In this document: positions 1 to 10,071 of the stretch, one piece after another
How the letters are laid out: every line of letters begins with the position of its first letter
Position numbering within the stretch: position 1 is the stretch's first letter
Assembly: GCA_965233585.1 (NCBI GenBank)
Contig: CBDDTI010000746.1
Location: 672,001 to 736,000, forward strand
DNA length: 64,000 nt
Source: a bacterium
GTDB taxonomy: Bacteria > SAR324 > NAC60-12
Direction: 5' to 3'
Notes under the pieces: generated by a model
The model's input: only the letters and a program-made list of their open reading frames with translations
Told to the model about the DNA's origin: nothing
The model's database searches: none
Translations under genes and position numbers: made by a program

Positions 1-236
1 TCATCAGCTGTGCCAACACGAATCGCACCATGTCGTTCTTCTGACAAGCGATTCAGTTGGTTGGTTTCTTGTAGATGATTCTTGACTTTGGGATTTTGTT
101 CTAAAAATTTCTGATTGACTGATTCCACAAGTTGGATCAGTTGACCATAAGCGGGGACTTCTTCACGGTACATTTCAGACATCTTTTCAGCAAAATGCTG
201 TCTAATGTCGCTCGGTTTTGCAAATTCTGTTGACAT
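1..236 (-). CDS. hglS: 2-oxoadipate dioxygenase/decarboxylase (YdcJ/HglS, DUF1338), 5' part only; runs off the window edge
   Basis: Not in the ORF track. Manual translation from ATG at 236 gives MSTEFAKPSDIRQHFAEKMSEMYREEVPAYGQL...RLSEERHGAIRVGTAD. The MY..EVP.YG and ERHGAIRVGT motifs match the recalled E. coli YdcJ N-terminus. Confidence 0.85.
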   Translation of the reverse strand, partial: MSTEFAKPSDIRQHFAEKMSEMYREEVPAYGQLIQLVESVNQKFLEQNPKVKNHLQETNQLNRLSEERHGAIRVGTAD

Positions 237-389
237 ACTTTTTGACTTGAAAAATTTTTTGGTTACTTGAGTTTCAATGACCAAAAGATACAACACCTAT
301 CCTAAAGATTCCATTTAAAAAACTGGTTTCTGACCTCAAAACTTCCAATTTAATATCCTTTTAAAATTTTTATCAACACCAATCCTTTT

Positions 390-1301
390 TTAATGGTTTG
401 AGTGCTGGTAGATTAAGGGAATTTCATGGGTTTTGGGTGAACGTTTTTGACAAACTGCCTGATGAGAAGGAAAGCGACGTTTGATCATCCTCTGACCGAT
501 TGCACCTGAAAAAAGAGATTCCTGATAATATCCTTGCTTTGCCACAAGTTCGCATTGCTTTTGATTGGGAAATTGTAGAAGTGTGACATACTGTCCTTGA
601 TTGGCAGGAAAAGACCATGCTTTGAATAACTGCATAGAGGCAAGAGGTTCGTCTTTGTGCTTGTTGACAAAGGCATAGCGTGTCTCCACTTCTGCAAAGG
701 TAACCGATGCAGGAACACATCTTTTGAAATGGGGACGTTTAGGGATTTTTACCTGTTCGCTAGCATAGTAGAACGGGCTTGAGGCAACACGTCTGCACCA
801 TTCCAAATTGGGCATAACGAGTCGTTTGGACTGCTTCCCGCTTTGAACAGGTAAAACCCATGCGTTCATAGTTTGCTTTTGCCAGCGATAGTATTCCAAC
901 GTCTGACGCAAGTAACATTTGCCTGTTTTGTCAGGCGGTTTTTGCCTTTGACATTCTTCTAAGCTAGAAAATGCACCCTCCACTCCTACCACTGCAAATC
1001 CTTGCAGGACGTTGAAGTGCCAGCCTTCTTTTGCACCTTGAAACTCAAAGTAAGACTGTGCAAAAGCAAGGCTTGTAAGAAATTGAAAGGCAAGAATTAG
1101 GCAGAGAGATTGGCTTGCAAAACGCTTCTGCAACGTTCTCGCAAGATTTCCTTGCGTAATGCACGATTTGAAAATGACCAACGGCGAAATGCACGATTTA
1201 GTTTTGTGAGTAACATCATTCCTCCAAGAGTTAAAAAAAGAGATAGCACAAAATGAGCTTCTCAATGGACTTTGCAAAAAGATTGCCACTTTTTTTGTCA
1301 A
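390..1301 (-). CDS. Hypothetical exported Cys-containing protein with internal repeats; true start probably downstream of 1301
   Basis: 303-aa ORF with a signal-like segment (SLCLILAFQFLTSLAFAQ) and repeated AW..P...G...L..PN...C..VA units. Confidence 0.6.
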   Translation of the reverse strand: MTKKVAIFLQSPLRSSFCAISFFNSWRNDVTHKTKSCISPLVIFKSCITQGNLARTLQKRFASQSLCLILAFQFLTSLAFAQSYFEFQGAKEGWHFNVLQGFAVVGVEGAFSSLEECQRQKPPDKTGKCYLRQTLEYYRWQKQTMNAWVLPVQSGKQSKRLVMPNLEWCRRVASSPFYYASEQVKIPKRPHFKRCVPASVTFAEVETRYAFVNKHKDEPLASMQLFKAWSFPANQGQYVTLLQFPNQKQCELVAKQGYYQESLFSGAIGQRMIKRRFPSHQAVCQKRSPKTHEIPLIYQHSNH

Positions 1302-1303
1302 TG

Positions 1304-4300
1304 TCAGCCTTTTCTTACGGTTGAAGACATATATTGCTTGTAATGTGTTCGCACTTGCTGTCGCAGTTCCAGTAGAGTTTCCCCAAGATCTTTGGTCTCC
1401 AGTTCGTGGAATCCTTTCATTTTTTGGCTCAAAACAGGAAGTTCGCTTAACCGAACAGAATTGACTGAAGAATCCAATGAAAGTCTGGTGTAAATCTCAA
1501 GGGCTTGAAAGAAGCGATAGGCTTTTTTGAGTGTAACACAGGTGTCTTTTGGAAGAATGCCATGTTTGGCAAATTGGTTAATCGCTCCAAGTGTTTGCGT
1601 CGTTCGGACTGCGTGACAGGTTTTTCCATGAATGAGTTGGAGATATTGTGACAGATACTCAATATCCAAAATCCCACCGTAGCCTTCCTTGAGGTTCGCC
1701 ATGTCATATTCACTTTGACCTTGCTCTTTTTCTTTACGGAAACGCAAATAAGCAATGTCTTGTTGAAGGGTCTCAGGCAAAGGGAGTTCATAAGCAGTGG
1801 ACTCTGTCTGTTGTTTCACCTTTTGAATCCATGCAGTTTCACTTCCCAAATTCAAAACCCGTGCTTTAAGCAACGCCTGACGTTCCCAAACTTGCGAGGC
1901 TTTGTGATACTCCCAATATTTGTCAGCCAGTGTCACCAATGTCCCACCATAGCCTGAAGGTCTCAACCTAGTATCTAATTTATAAGCATAGCCATTGCGT
2001 GTGAAGGTAGAAAGTACAGAGATCAACCGCTGTACAAACTTGATGTAATATTGCTGATTGCTAATGGAAATCTTGCCGTCAGTTTGTCCTTCTGCAGAAT
2101 AAAGAAAGACTAAGTCAAGGTCTGAATAATAGTTTAATTCGCGTCCCCCCAATTTCCCCAAACCTAAAATTGCAAGTTCTGCAGGTTGTCCATCTTCTCC
2201 ATAAGGCAGACCAAAACTGTTCTGAAGGGCATCTTTGGCAATCTGACATGCCTCCCCCAAAACAGTTTCTGCCAGTTGACTTAAACGGTCTCTGGCTCTG
2301 TGGTATTGTAGAAATTCTTCAAGTTCTGCACTTCCAATCAAAAATGTCACCTCATGTGTAAATTCTCGTAACACCTCAAACTTTTCTTCTACTTGCGGGG
2401 TCTGCTTGAGTCGTTGATGAAGGTCAGCACGCCATTCATCAGGAGTGTGTAACTGCTCTTTTGCATCAAGTTGTTGAATCAAGGCAAGATGATTCAAGAG
2501 ATAGTTCCATAGCAATTCGCTGGTTTCAGCAATTCGCACTAGACGTCTCAACGAGGCAGGAGTTTTGAGTAAAAACTGATAGTATTCAATTTTGTTGTCA
2601 ATACTTTCCATCAAACGTTGAATACGGACAATCACTTTAGGTTCTTGATGGTTTTTGAAAATGGTGCAGAATTGCAAAGCAATTTCTTCTGCTAATTCGT
2701 CAAGTTTTTGCTGGGGGTAGTCTAATCCCTGCCATGACTGAAGCAAGGTTTCTTTGATGTTTTGATACTCCTGCTCAAACAAAGTGCTGAATTTAGTATG
2801 AACATTGGTAGTCTTGTCTTTGAGGTCTTGTAAAAAATGCCTTCTGGCACGGGTCAAAGAACGTTCAACGTAGCCTAATTGCCTTGAAAAGATCAGTTGC
2901 CTGTGTGTTTCTGATGGCAGAAGGTGTGTTTGATGCTCTTCTTTCATTTGTAAGCGATGTTCCACACGCCTTAAATAAGTATAAGCATCACTTAACATCT
3001 CTGCATCAGAAGATTTGATTAGTTGTTCTGCTTGTAACCTTTCTAATGCCTCCAGTGTATTTGATGTTTGCAAGACAGGTTTTCTACCACCATATAAAAG
3101 CTGAAAAATTTGGACAAAAAACTCAATTTCTCTGATGCCTCCCTCACCATGTTTGACGTCAAAGTGATCAGTTTTATGTTCCTGTTCTGAACGTCTTTTC
3201 ATCTCTTGAATCTCTGAAAACTGTGTGTCATCAATCCATTTGCTAAACACAAAAGACTCTAGCATCTTGTGAAATGCAGTGCCGATATTAGTGTTGCCTG
3301 TGATGAACTGGGCTTTGATCAATGCCTGCCTTTCCCAAAGTTTTCCGTCATTTTGATAATAATCACAAATGTATGACAAGCTCAAAAACAAGGGGGTTTG
3401 TTCATCGCCCGGACGGAGTCGCATGTCCACCCGTGCAATGAAGCCATCAGCAGTATATTCAGAAATGAACTGAATCAATTTTCTGGCAAATTTTTGACGC
3501 TTGCTTGCCTTTGAAAACCAATGTGAAGGCTCAAGCAATGTGTCATCATACACAAAAATTAAATCTACATCAGAAGAATAATTTAACTCATTCCCTCCTA
3601 ACTTTCCTAAACCCAAAAGAGCAATAGGAAACGATGGTTCATCAATGAAACGCAACCCTGAATGATGTTGTTCTTCCAAAGACCAAAGCACTTCTAGGGA
3701 GGCTTCTACACAAATCTCATTGACTGATGTAATTTCTGACCAAATGGCAGGTTGTAAATCCCAGTCATTGAGGTCACGTAGGGTGATTCGCAAATACTCC
3801 TCATACTTGTAAATCCTAATCAATGATGCAAGATTTTCATGTTGATAAGGCTTGCATTGTTTGATTTTTTGAAACAACTCTTGCCTCATGGTTGCCAAAG
3901 GTTTGACACAAAACAAATAATCAGACTGAAATAAATCTAAAACGACAGCAGGTTGTGAGATGAGAAAGCGGGAAAGAAAAGCAGAGCAGTCAAAAATTTT
4001 CAACAATCCTGCAAGAATTTTAGGAGATGCTGCAAGAGAAATCTTTTGTTTTGTACAAGCAACACAAAAATCGTGAAGATGCCAAAGGCTGTGTTCCAAA
4101 TCTCCATACAATGCTAGTTCAGCAAAACATTCTTGGGGCAGATTTTGAAAGTTGTCAAGTTGACGAAGTTGAGCAAGGCTTTTCAAGATTTGGTCAAAAT
4201 CACCTTCAAATCTTAATTCTTCTAAATGTTCTTGCCATGGCTCAATCCATTCTTCATTTTGCCAGCTTTGGGCAAGCTCAATCGCCCAGTCTGGATAGAG

Positions 4301-4312
4301 AATACAGTCCAT
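1304..4312 (-). CDS. glnE: Bifunctional glutamine synthetase adenylyltransferase/adenylyl-removing enzyme
   Basis: 1002 aa with two nucleotidyltransferase domains: GKLGGNELNYSSDVDL / RVDMRLRP and GKLGGRELNYYSDLDL / KLDTRLRP. WERQAL and GG.R/LD/EIE motifs present. Confidence 0.95.
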   Translation of the reverse strand: MDCILYPDWAIELAQSWQNEEWIEPWQEHLEELRFEGDFDQILKSLAQLRQLDNFQNLPQECFAELALYGDLEHSLWHLHDFCVACTKQKISLAASPKILAGLLKIFDCSAFLSRFLISQPAVVLDLFQSDYLFCVKPLATMRQELFQKIKQCKPYQHENLASLIRIYKYEEYLRITLRDLNDWDLQPAIWSEITSVNEICVEASLEVLWSLEEQHHSGLRFIDEPSFPIALLGLGKLGGNELNYSSDVDLIFVYDDTLLEPSHWFSKASKRQKFARKLIQFISEYTADGFIARVDMRLRPGDEQTPLFLSLSYICDYYQNDGKLWERQALIKAQFITGNTNIGTAFHKMLESFVFSKWIDDTQFSEIQEMKRRSEQEHKTDHFDVKHGEGGIREIEFFVQIFQLLYGGRKPVLQTSNTLEALERLQAEQLIKSSDAEMLSDAYTYLRRVEHRLQMKEEHQTHLLPSETHRQLIFSRQLGYVERSLTRARRHFLQDLKDKTTNVHTKFSTLFEQEYQNIKETLLQSWQGLDYPQQKLDELAEEIALQFCTIFKNHQEPKVIVRIQRLMESIDNKIEYYQFLLKTPASLRRLVRIAETSELLWNYLLNHLALIQQLDAKEQLHTPDEWRADLHQRLKQTPQVEEKFEVLREFTHEVTFLIGSAELEEFLQYHRARDRLSQLAETVLGEACQIAKDALQNSFGLPYGEDGQPAELAILGLGKLGGRELNYYSDLDLVFLYSAEGQTDGKISISNQQYYIKFVQRLISVLSTFTRNGYAYKLDTRLRPSGYGGTLVTLADKYWEYHKASQVWERQALLKARVLNLGSETAWIQKVKQQTESTAYELPLPETLQQDIAYLRFRKEKEQGQSEYDMANLKEGYGGILDIEYLSQYLQLIHGKTCHAVRTTQTLGAINQFAKHGILPKDTCVTLKKAYRFFQALEIYTRLSLDSSVNSVRLSELPVLSQKMKGFHELETKDLGETLLELRQQVRTHYKQYMSSTVRKG

Positions 4313-4318
4313 TTGACT

Positions 4319-4723
4319 TTAAACAGCTAATGAGAATCGTTCAATCAAACTCTTCCCCCAACTAATAATATTTGAGGCTTCTGTTGGTGAGATGTTGAGT
4401 TCTTTTGAGATTTTGTACAATTCGTCTTCCTCTTCTTTCACAAACTCACCATCAGAGACAGCAATGACTACCAAATCATAAAAGAGCATCAGTTTGGTTG
4501 AGTCAGAAATGTCTCCTATTTTGCGGGTGGGACTCACTCCAGATTTTAAGAGAGTGTTTAATCGCTTTCGGTCAGCAGTGTTTGGAAACATGGCAACAAT
4601 TTTTTGCAAAAAAGCTTCTTCGCTGCGATGCCTTTTGCCATCTGCCATGATGACTCTGACAACGGCTTCTCCATACCAAAGTCGTTGGTCAGAAGAAAGG
4701 GAGTTAAAAATGGCTGAATACAT
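4319..4723 (-). CDS. TerB-family (tellurite resistance-like) protein
   Basis: Two TerB motifs: IMADGKRHRSEEAFL and IAVSDGEFVKEEEDEL. Confidence 0.8.
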   Translation of the reverse strand: MYSAIFNSLSSDQRLWYGEAVVRVIMADGKRHRSEEAFLQKIVAMFPNTADRKRLNTLLKSGVSPTRKIGDISDSTKLMLFYDLVVIAVSDGEFVKEEEDELYKISKELNISPTEASNIISWGKSLIERFSLAV

Positions 4724-4849
4724 ACGTTCCTAATTTAATTTTTAAAATTTAAAATGTAAAAATAGCTGATTTTTTGACATTATACACCAAGCCAATGAGG
4801 ATATGAGAATGGCATAAAGTGAAGCAAGAAGTCAAACTATAGCCTCACT

Positions 4850-5533
4850 TCATTGTGTGTTTGACACGGAATCTCAAAAAACAAGAGTTGTTTGGGGAAA
4901 TGAAGAAATTAGAGGAAAAGAGAGAGATTGCGGGTCAAGGTGAGCAATGACAGGGGAATGAGGAAAAACAAAAGAGAGATTCCTGCTTTCGCAGAAATGA
5001 CAAAGAAAGAGGCAAGAATGACCAAATTCAACCTAGCAACCTCCCTTTGTCATTCCGTGCCTGATAAGGAATCTATCACCGAACCAAGCATGGATTCCTG
5101 CCCCTGTTTTCACAGGGGTGACGTTCTTTCGCTCCGAATGACCAAATGCAACCCAGCCAAATCCTCCTGTCATTCCGCACTTGATGCGGAATCTCAAAAG
5201 AAGTGAACGAAGAAAAAGAGAGATTGCGGGTCAAGCACGGAATGACTAAGTTCAAGTTGAGCGATGACGAAAAGACATGCTTGCAAAGTTTCTCAGTCAT
5301 TCCGCACTTGATACGGAATCCATCGTCAATATAGCGTGGATTCCTGCTTCCGCTCCGAATGACAAAGAAAGAGGAAGGAATGAAGGAAAAACAAAGCTCT
5401 CTGCTTGATGACTGTCATTCTGTTCTTGGCACGGAATCTCAAAAAAAAAAGTACGAACAGAGTGAAGAAAAATGAGATTGCGGATCAAGTCCGCAATGAC
5501 AGGTCTGTCATTGCGGACTTGATGCGGAATCTC
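4850..5533. repeat. Array of 12 REP-like palindromic repeats (~27 bp, consensus GTCATTCCGCACTTGATGCGGAATCTC) in mixed orientation
   Basis: Forward copies at ~4850, 5049, 5169, 5296, 5414 and 5507. Reverse copies at ~4924, 4976, 5091, 5220, 5337 and 5474. Each has an internal ATTCCG...CGGAAT-type palindrome. Confidence 0.9.
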
Positions 5534-5664
5534 AAAAACAAGAGTCGTTTGGGTAAGTGAAAGGAGGGAGAGGAAGAAGCGAGTTTTTTATTTTGTCATA
5601 AAAAATTGTTATTCGGTGGGTAAAGCTCGTTGTTTTTATGACAGCCTCGCTTGGAAAAGACGGC

Positions 5665-6768
5665 TTAACGTAAAAATTCTTGAAAATCAATGACTTGATG
5701 AGTTTTTGCAGATTCTTGCGCCGCTAATCCCATCGCAACTGCTTTGATTCCATCATCAAGGCTGACTTCTACTTTTCCTGACCCACGGACGACTTGTAAA
5801 AATTTTTCATGTTGATAAAAAGTGGAACCGTGATGGTCACCTGCTTCAAGTAATTTAGAGTCAAGGGGAATTTCTAACGTCCTAGGACCTGTGGGAAATC
5901 GTGGACTCACCACGATTTGAGGAGTCGGAGGTTCACCAAGGCTTGCATTCCAAAACCTCTGTGGGGCAGGCACAAAGCATTCTATTTTTCCCAACTCACC
6001 AACTGCTGACAGCTCTTCTTGATAGCGAGAACCTTCTGCAAACATACAAAGCTCCAACATGGCTCTTGCCTGATTCTCAAATTCTACAATCACGTATGCG
6101 TTATCCCAAATGTCTGGCGTTTCTCCTTGATAGCTCTCCTCTAAATGATTGACAGCCACCCCACCTGATGCCATCAATTTAACAGGTTCTGATTGCAAAA
6201 TATGCCGCATGAGGTCAAAGAAATGACAACACTTTTCAACAAGCGTCCCGCCTGTGTAACGATTGAACCTGTTCCAATGATTCACTTTTTCAAGAAAAGG
6301 AAAGCGATGTTCACGAATAGTGAGCATACGAATTGTGCCTGTGGCTTCTTGTATTTTTTGAATCAAGACAGCGATAGGGGGCATGTAACGATATTCCATT
6401 GCGACCCATACAGGCACGTCATAGTCTTCTTGGAGTTGTTTGATTCTTTGAATTTGTTCAAGGTCTGAGCAAAGTGGCTTTTCTACCAAAGTAGGCAATG
6501 GTCTCATCTGAAAGATGGTTTCCAGTTGTTCTACATGCAAAAAGTTGGGACTGGCAATGACTAAACAATCCAAGTTTTCATGCTTCAGTAACTCTTCAAG
6601 GCTGTTGGCAAAGTGAATATCAGCATCATACTCTGCAGCCTTCCTTTGCATGTCTAAATCAGGTTCATAAGCGGCAATAATTTTGGTTTCTTTGAGCAAT
6701 TTGATATTTCTTAAATGCTCTTGACCCATCATGCCTGTTCCTATCATTCCATAGCGTGTTTGACTCAT
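5665..6768 (-). CDS. Gfo/Idh/MocA family NAD(P)-dependent oxidoreductase
   Basis: GMIGTGMMG Rossmann motif, IASPNFLH, LVEKPL, GGTLVEKCCHFFDL. Confidence 0.9.
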   Translation of the reverse strand: MSQTRYGMIGTGMMGQEHLRNIKLLKETKIIAAYEPDLDMQRKAAEYDADIHFANSLEELLKHENLDCLVIASPNFLHVEQLETIFQMRPLPTLVEKPLCSDLEQIQRIKQLQEDYDVPVWVAMEYRYMPPIAVLIQKIQEATGTIRMLTIREHRFPFLEKVNHWNRFNRYTGGTLVEKCCHFFDLMRHILQSEPVKLMASGGVAVNHLEESYQGETPDIWDNAYVIVEFENQARAMLELCMFAEGSRYQEELSAVGELGKIECFVPAPQRFWNASLGEPPTPQIVVSPRFPTGPRTLEIPLDSKLLEAGDHHGSTFYQHEKFLQVVRGSGKVEVSLDDGIKAVAMGLAAQESAKTHQVIDFQEFLR

Positions 6769-6832
6769 ATCTTTTATACCGATTTAAAATTTAAAAAATG
6801 AGATTGTTCATCACTTTTTTGAAAAAACAATG

Positions 6833-6861
6833 TTGACAAATTTTGAGGTTTCCAGTATAAC
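6833..6861 (+). promoter_or_regulatory. sigma70-type promoter for the TRAP operon
   Basis: TTGACA (6833-6838), 17-bp spacer, TATAAC (6856-6861). Confidence 0.65.
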
Positions 6862-6993
6862 ATGTTCTGTTTCTGAATTTTTGTTTAAAAAGCTGAACGT
6901 TGAAAGTTTTTTTTGACTGAATTTCTGAGACATTGTTTGTCTTTTTTCGCTTTAGAAAAAGGCTTTTTTTAATTTATTCATGGAGAATAGTAT

Positions 6994-8049
6994 ATGATGA
7001 AAAAACTTTGCTCGTTCGCTTTGGCCTCTTCAATGGCAATAGCGGTGTTGGTGTCCATGTCTGCCGCGACTATGGCAGAACAAACTCTGAAAATTGGATT
7101 TTTGGGGTCAACTGATGATGAAGACCATGATGGCTCTTTAGTTTTTAAAAACTATGTAGAGTCTGCTTCCAACGGTTCTTTAAAGGTAGAAATCTACCCA
7201 AATGGTCGGTTTTGTTCCAATGCTGATGAATGTTCGGAAGCTCTGCTTGATGGCAGATTGGACATTTACATCACGACCAATGGTGGTTTGGCAGGCTGGT
7301 ATCCTCCTGCACAATTTTTAGACCTGCCCTATTTGTTCCCTAATGATGCAGTGGCAGAATGTGCTTTTGACTCAAGAATTACTGAAGCCCTTCGTAAAGC
7401 CGTTTTGGAAGAGGTAGGTGCTGCACGCCTGATGGCAATCTCTAATACTGGTGGCTGGAGAAATATTGCAACCACCAAAAAACAAGTCAAATCTCCTGAA
7501 GATGTCAAAGGATTGAAACTTCGCACGATTGGTGCAGAAATTCAAATTGAACTTGTGAAATCTATGGGGGGTAACCCAACCCCAATTCCTTGGCCTGAAG
7601 TTTACACTTCACTTGGAACAGGTGTTGTAGAAGGCACAAAAAATGGTATCACTGATATTGTCAATATGAAGTTTCAAGACCACCTGAACTATTTGGTGTT
7701 AGATGGTCATGCTTACATGGGAGCGATGTGGTGGATTAATGAAGACGTCTTTCAAGATTTAAGCAAAAATGAAAAACGTATCGTTTACCGAGGATTCCAA
7801 GAGTTAAAGTGGACGGCACGTCAAATGCCCAAACGTAAGTCTGTGGAAGCATATCAAGCCTTTCGTGATGCTAACGGAACAATTTACACCCCTACTGATG
7901 CACAGAAGGAAGAATTTAAAGCAGCCGCACGTCCTGTTTGGGCATGGTACGAAGATAAATTCGGAAGAGACTGGATTGATCTAGCTGAAGGTGCAGTCAA
8001 GTTCTGTCAAGCTCAACTTGAAATGGAATTTGAAAGAGCGACTCAATAA
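6994..8049 (+). CDS. dctP: TRAP transporter substrate-binding protein (DctP family)
   Basis: Signal peptide; LDLPYLF, KGLKLRT, NPTPIPWPEVYTSLGTGVVEG; GGAG RBS upstream. Confidence 0.9.
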   Translation: MMKKLCSFALASSMAIAVLVSMSAATMAEQTLKIGFLGSTDDEDHDGSLVFKNYVESASNGSLKVEIYPNGRFCSNADECSEALLDGRLDIYITTNGGLAGWYPPAQFLDLPYLFPNDAVAECAFDSRITEALRKAVLEEVGAARLMAISNTGGWRNIATTKKQVKSPEDVKGLKLRTIGAEIQIELVKSMGGNPTPIPWPEVYTSLGTGVVEGTKNGITDIVNMKFQDHLNYLVLDGHAYMGAMWWINEDVFQDLSKNEKRIVYRGFQELKWTARQMPKRKSVEAYQAFRDANGTIYTPTDAQKEEFKAAARPVWAWYEDKFGRDWIDLAEGAVKFCQAQLEMEFERATQ

Positions 8050-8063
8050 AGGCAGCAGCTAGC

Positions 8064-8687
8064 ATGTCCCTCACAAACACTTTGTTTCACCCTCTGATTT
8101 ATGTGTTGCAACAAATCAATTTGTTGGTGGAATATGTGTTGAAGCCTATCGTTACTTTATTGATGGCTCTCATGCTAGCAACGGTGGTGTTTGCTGTCTT
8201 TTCGCGAACAACAGGAATCATTGCTCCATGGACAGAAAAAGTGATGCTTGTCCTGTTGCCGTGTCTTGCATTTTTAGTCGCTCCTATCGCATATAGAAGA
8301 GCGGCTAATGTCTCGCTTAATTTCTTCCAAGAAATGCTTCCTTCCTCATTGCAAAAACTCCATCAGTTACTCATTCATCTTTTGATAGGAGTCATTTTGT
8401 TTATTGCTTTAGACCTAAGTTTACGCAAAATTGGTATCAATCCTCAGCTGTTAACTGAACTGATTGATTTCGTTTTTGGGATAGATTTGTCAGCAATTCG
8501 CCCTTTCAAAGCACGGATTAAAATCCCCATTCTTGGCATTGAATTGAAAACCGTTTACACCACTATCCCAATTTGTGTGTTTCTTATGATTTCAGTCAAT
8601 TTTGAAATGATCTTGCGTTCTTTCCTGAAAGACCATGAAAGAAACTTCACCTTGACCGATTTGAGAAATCACAAAAATAATCAATGA
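8064..8687 (+). CDS. dctQ: TRAP transporter small permease
   Basis: About 4 transmembrane segments, PWTE motif, located between dctP and dctM. Confidence 0.8.
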   Translation: MSLTNTLFHPLIYVLQQINLLVEYVLKPIVTLLMALMLATVVFAVFSRTTGIIAPWTEKVMLVLLPCLAFLVAPIAYRRAANVSLNFFQEMLPSSLQKLHQLLIHLLIGVILFIALDLSLRKIGINPQLLTELIDFVFGIDLSAIRPFKARIKIPILGIELKTVYTTIPICVFLMISVNFEMILRSFLKDHERNFTLTDLRNHKNNQ

Positions 8688-8722
8688 TTAATAGGTTGTT
8701 GACCTCAAATATTTAAAAAAAC

Positions 8723-10024
8723 ATGGTATCAGCGTTTTTATGGATTTTCTTAGCTTCATTGGCATTGGCTATTCCAGTTGTTTTTGGTTTGATTGGAACG
8801 TCTGGAATTGTCATTATCAATGAATGGGGGAATGCTTTTAAAATACGCGACCTTAATTCTATTCTTTCTCAAATCTTTTCGGGTATTTCATCAGTTCCAT
8901 TGCTTGCGCTGCCTATGTTTATTTTGGCAGGAGAGTTGATGAACACGGGGGGAATTACCCAACGTTTAGTGCAGTTTTCTCAGACGTTAATTGGTCATCT
9001 GCGGGGAGGATTAGCACAAGTCAATATTCTTTCTTCTGTCCTGTTTGCAGGTTTGTCTGGGTCTGCAGTGGCAGACACTTCAGCGCTGGGGTCTATGTTG
9101 ATTCCTGCAATGGAAAAACAAGGCTATACCAGACGTTTTGCAACTGCGGTAACAGCGGCGTCTTCTGTGATTGGTCCCATCATTCCTCCCAGTGGAATTA
9201 TGATTATTTATGCTTTTATCATGGGAGTTTCACCTGCTGCAATGTTTGCCGCTGGTATGATTCCCGGTTTGATGATTGCGGGGGGTTTGATGCTGTTAAC
9301 ATGGAGGCTTTCAATACGTTACGACTTTCCTGTTGCCAATCAACGTTCCAGCCTCAAAGAAATTTATAATGCAGGCAAGATGACATTCTGGCCCCTGCTG
9401 ACGCCTGTCATTTTATTAGGGGGGATTTTAACAGGAATTTTTACCCCAACAGAAGCTGCAGGTGTTGCCGCATTTTATGCCTTGATTGTTGCATTATTTG
9501 TGATTAACGCCTTGAAATTCAGAGAACTGCCTTCTATTTTTTATCGTGCCGCTGTTTCGTCAGGTGTGATTTTGATGTTGATAGGGGCATCTAAAGCGTT
9601 TTCTTGGATTGCAGACCAAGTGGGTGCGGCACAACTGATTGCAGAATTTGTCATGGGCATTAGTACCAACATGGCAGTTTTGCTCATTGCTCTGAATTTA
9701 ATGCTGTTTGTTGTGGGTATGTTCTTAGATGCAGGACCTGCTATTTTGATTCTTGGACCTATTTTAAGCAAAGTGTTTGTGACACAAATAGGCATGGATC
9801 CTCTTCACTTTGCAATCATCATGTGTGTCAATGTCACTGTGGGGCTAGCAACACCCCCTATGGGACTTGTTCTTTTTGTTGCCGCCTCTATTTCTAAAGA
9901 ACGTGTAGAAGTGATTGCCAAATCTATATTCCCTTTTCTTTTGGTAGAAGCGGGGGTGATTTTTCTCATTACCTTCGTGGAAGACCTCGTTCTTTTTGTC
10001 CCTCGCTTGTTGGGATTACACTAG
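8723..10024 (+). CDS. dctM: TRAP transporter large permease
   Basis: LALPMFILAGELM, GLSGSAVAD, GPIIPPS, TPTEAA, TPPMG. Confidence 0.93.
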   Translation: MVSAFLWIFLASLALAIPVVFGLIGTSGIVIINEWGNAFKIRDLNSILSQIFSGISSVPLLALPMFILAGELMNTGGITQRLVQFSQTLIGHLRGGLAQVNILSSVLFAGLSGSAVADTSALGSMLIPAMEKQGYTRRFATAVTAASSVIGPIIPPSGIMIIYAFIMGVSPAAMFAAGMIPGLMIAGGLMLLTWRLSIRYDFPVANQRSSLKEIYNAGKMTFWPLLTPVILLGGILTGIFTPTEAAGVAAFYALIVALFVINALKFRELPSIFYRAAVSSGVILMLIGASKAFSWIADQVGAAQLIAEFVMGISTNMAVLLIALNLMLFVVGMFLDAGPAILILGPILSKVFVTQIGMDPLHFAIIMCVNVTVGLATPPMGLVLFVAASISKERVEVIAKSIFPFLLVEAGVIFLITFVEDLVLFVPRLLGLH

Positions 10025-10071
10025 TTTGTCTCCATTTTTCTTTGATTTGTCTCAGTTAGAAGAGGTTACAA

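Noticed and set aside
4928..5488. Short ORFs 4928-5206, 5076-5300 and 5297-5488
   Set aside because: They are translations of the palindromic repeats (EIPAFAEMT, VIPCLTRNL) with no independent coding evidence.
4850..5533. CRISPR array
   Set aside because: The repeats occur in both orientations, are degenerate, have irregular and partly repeated linkers, and no cas genes are nearby.
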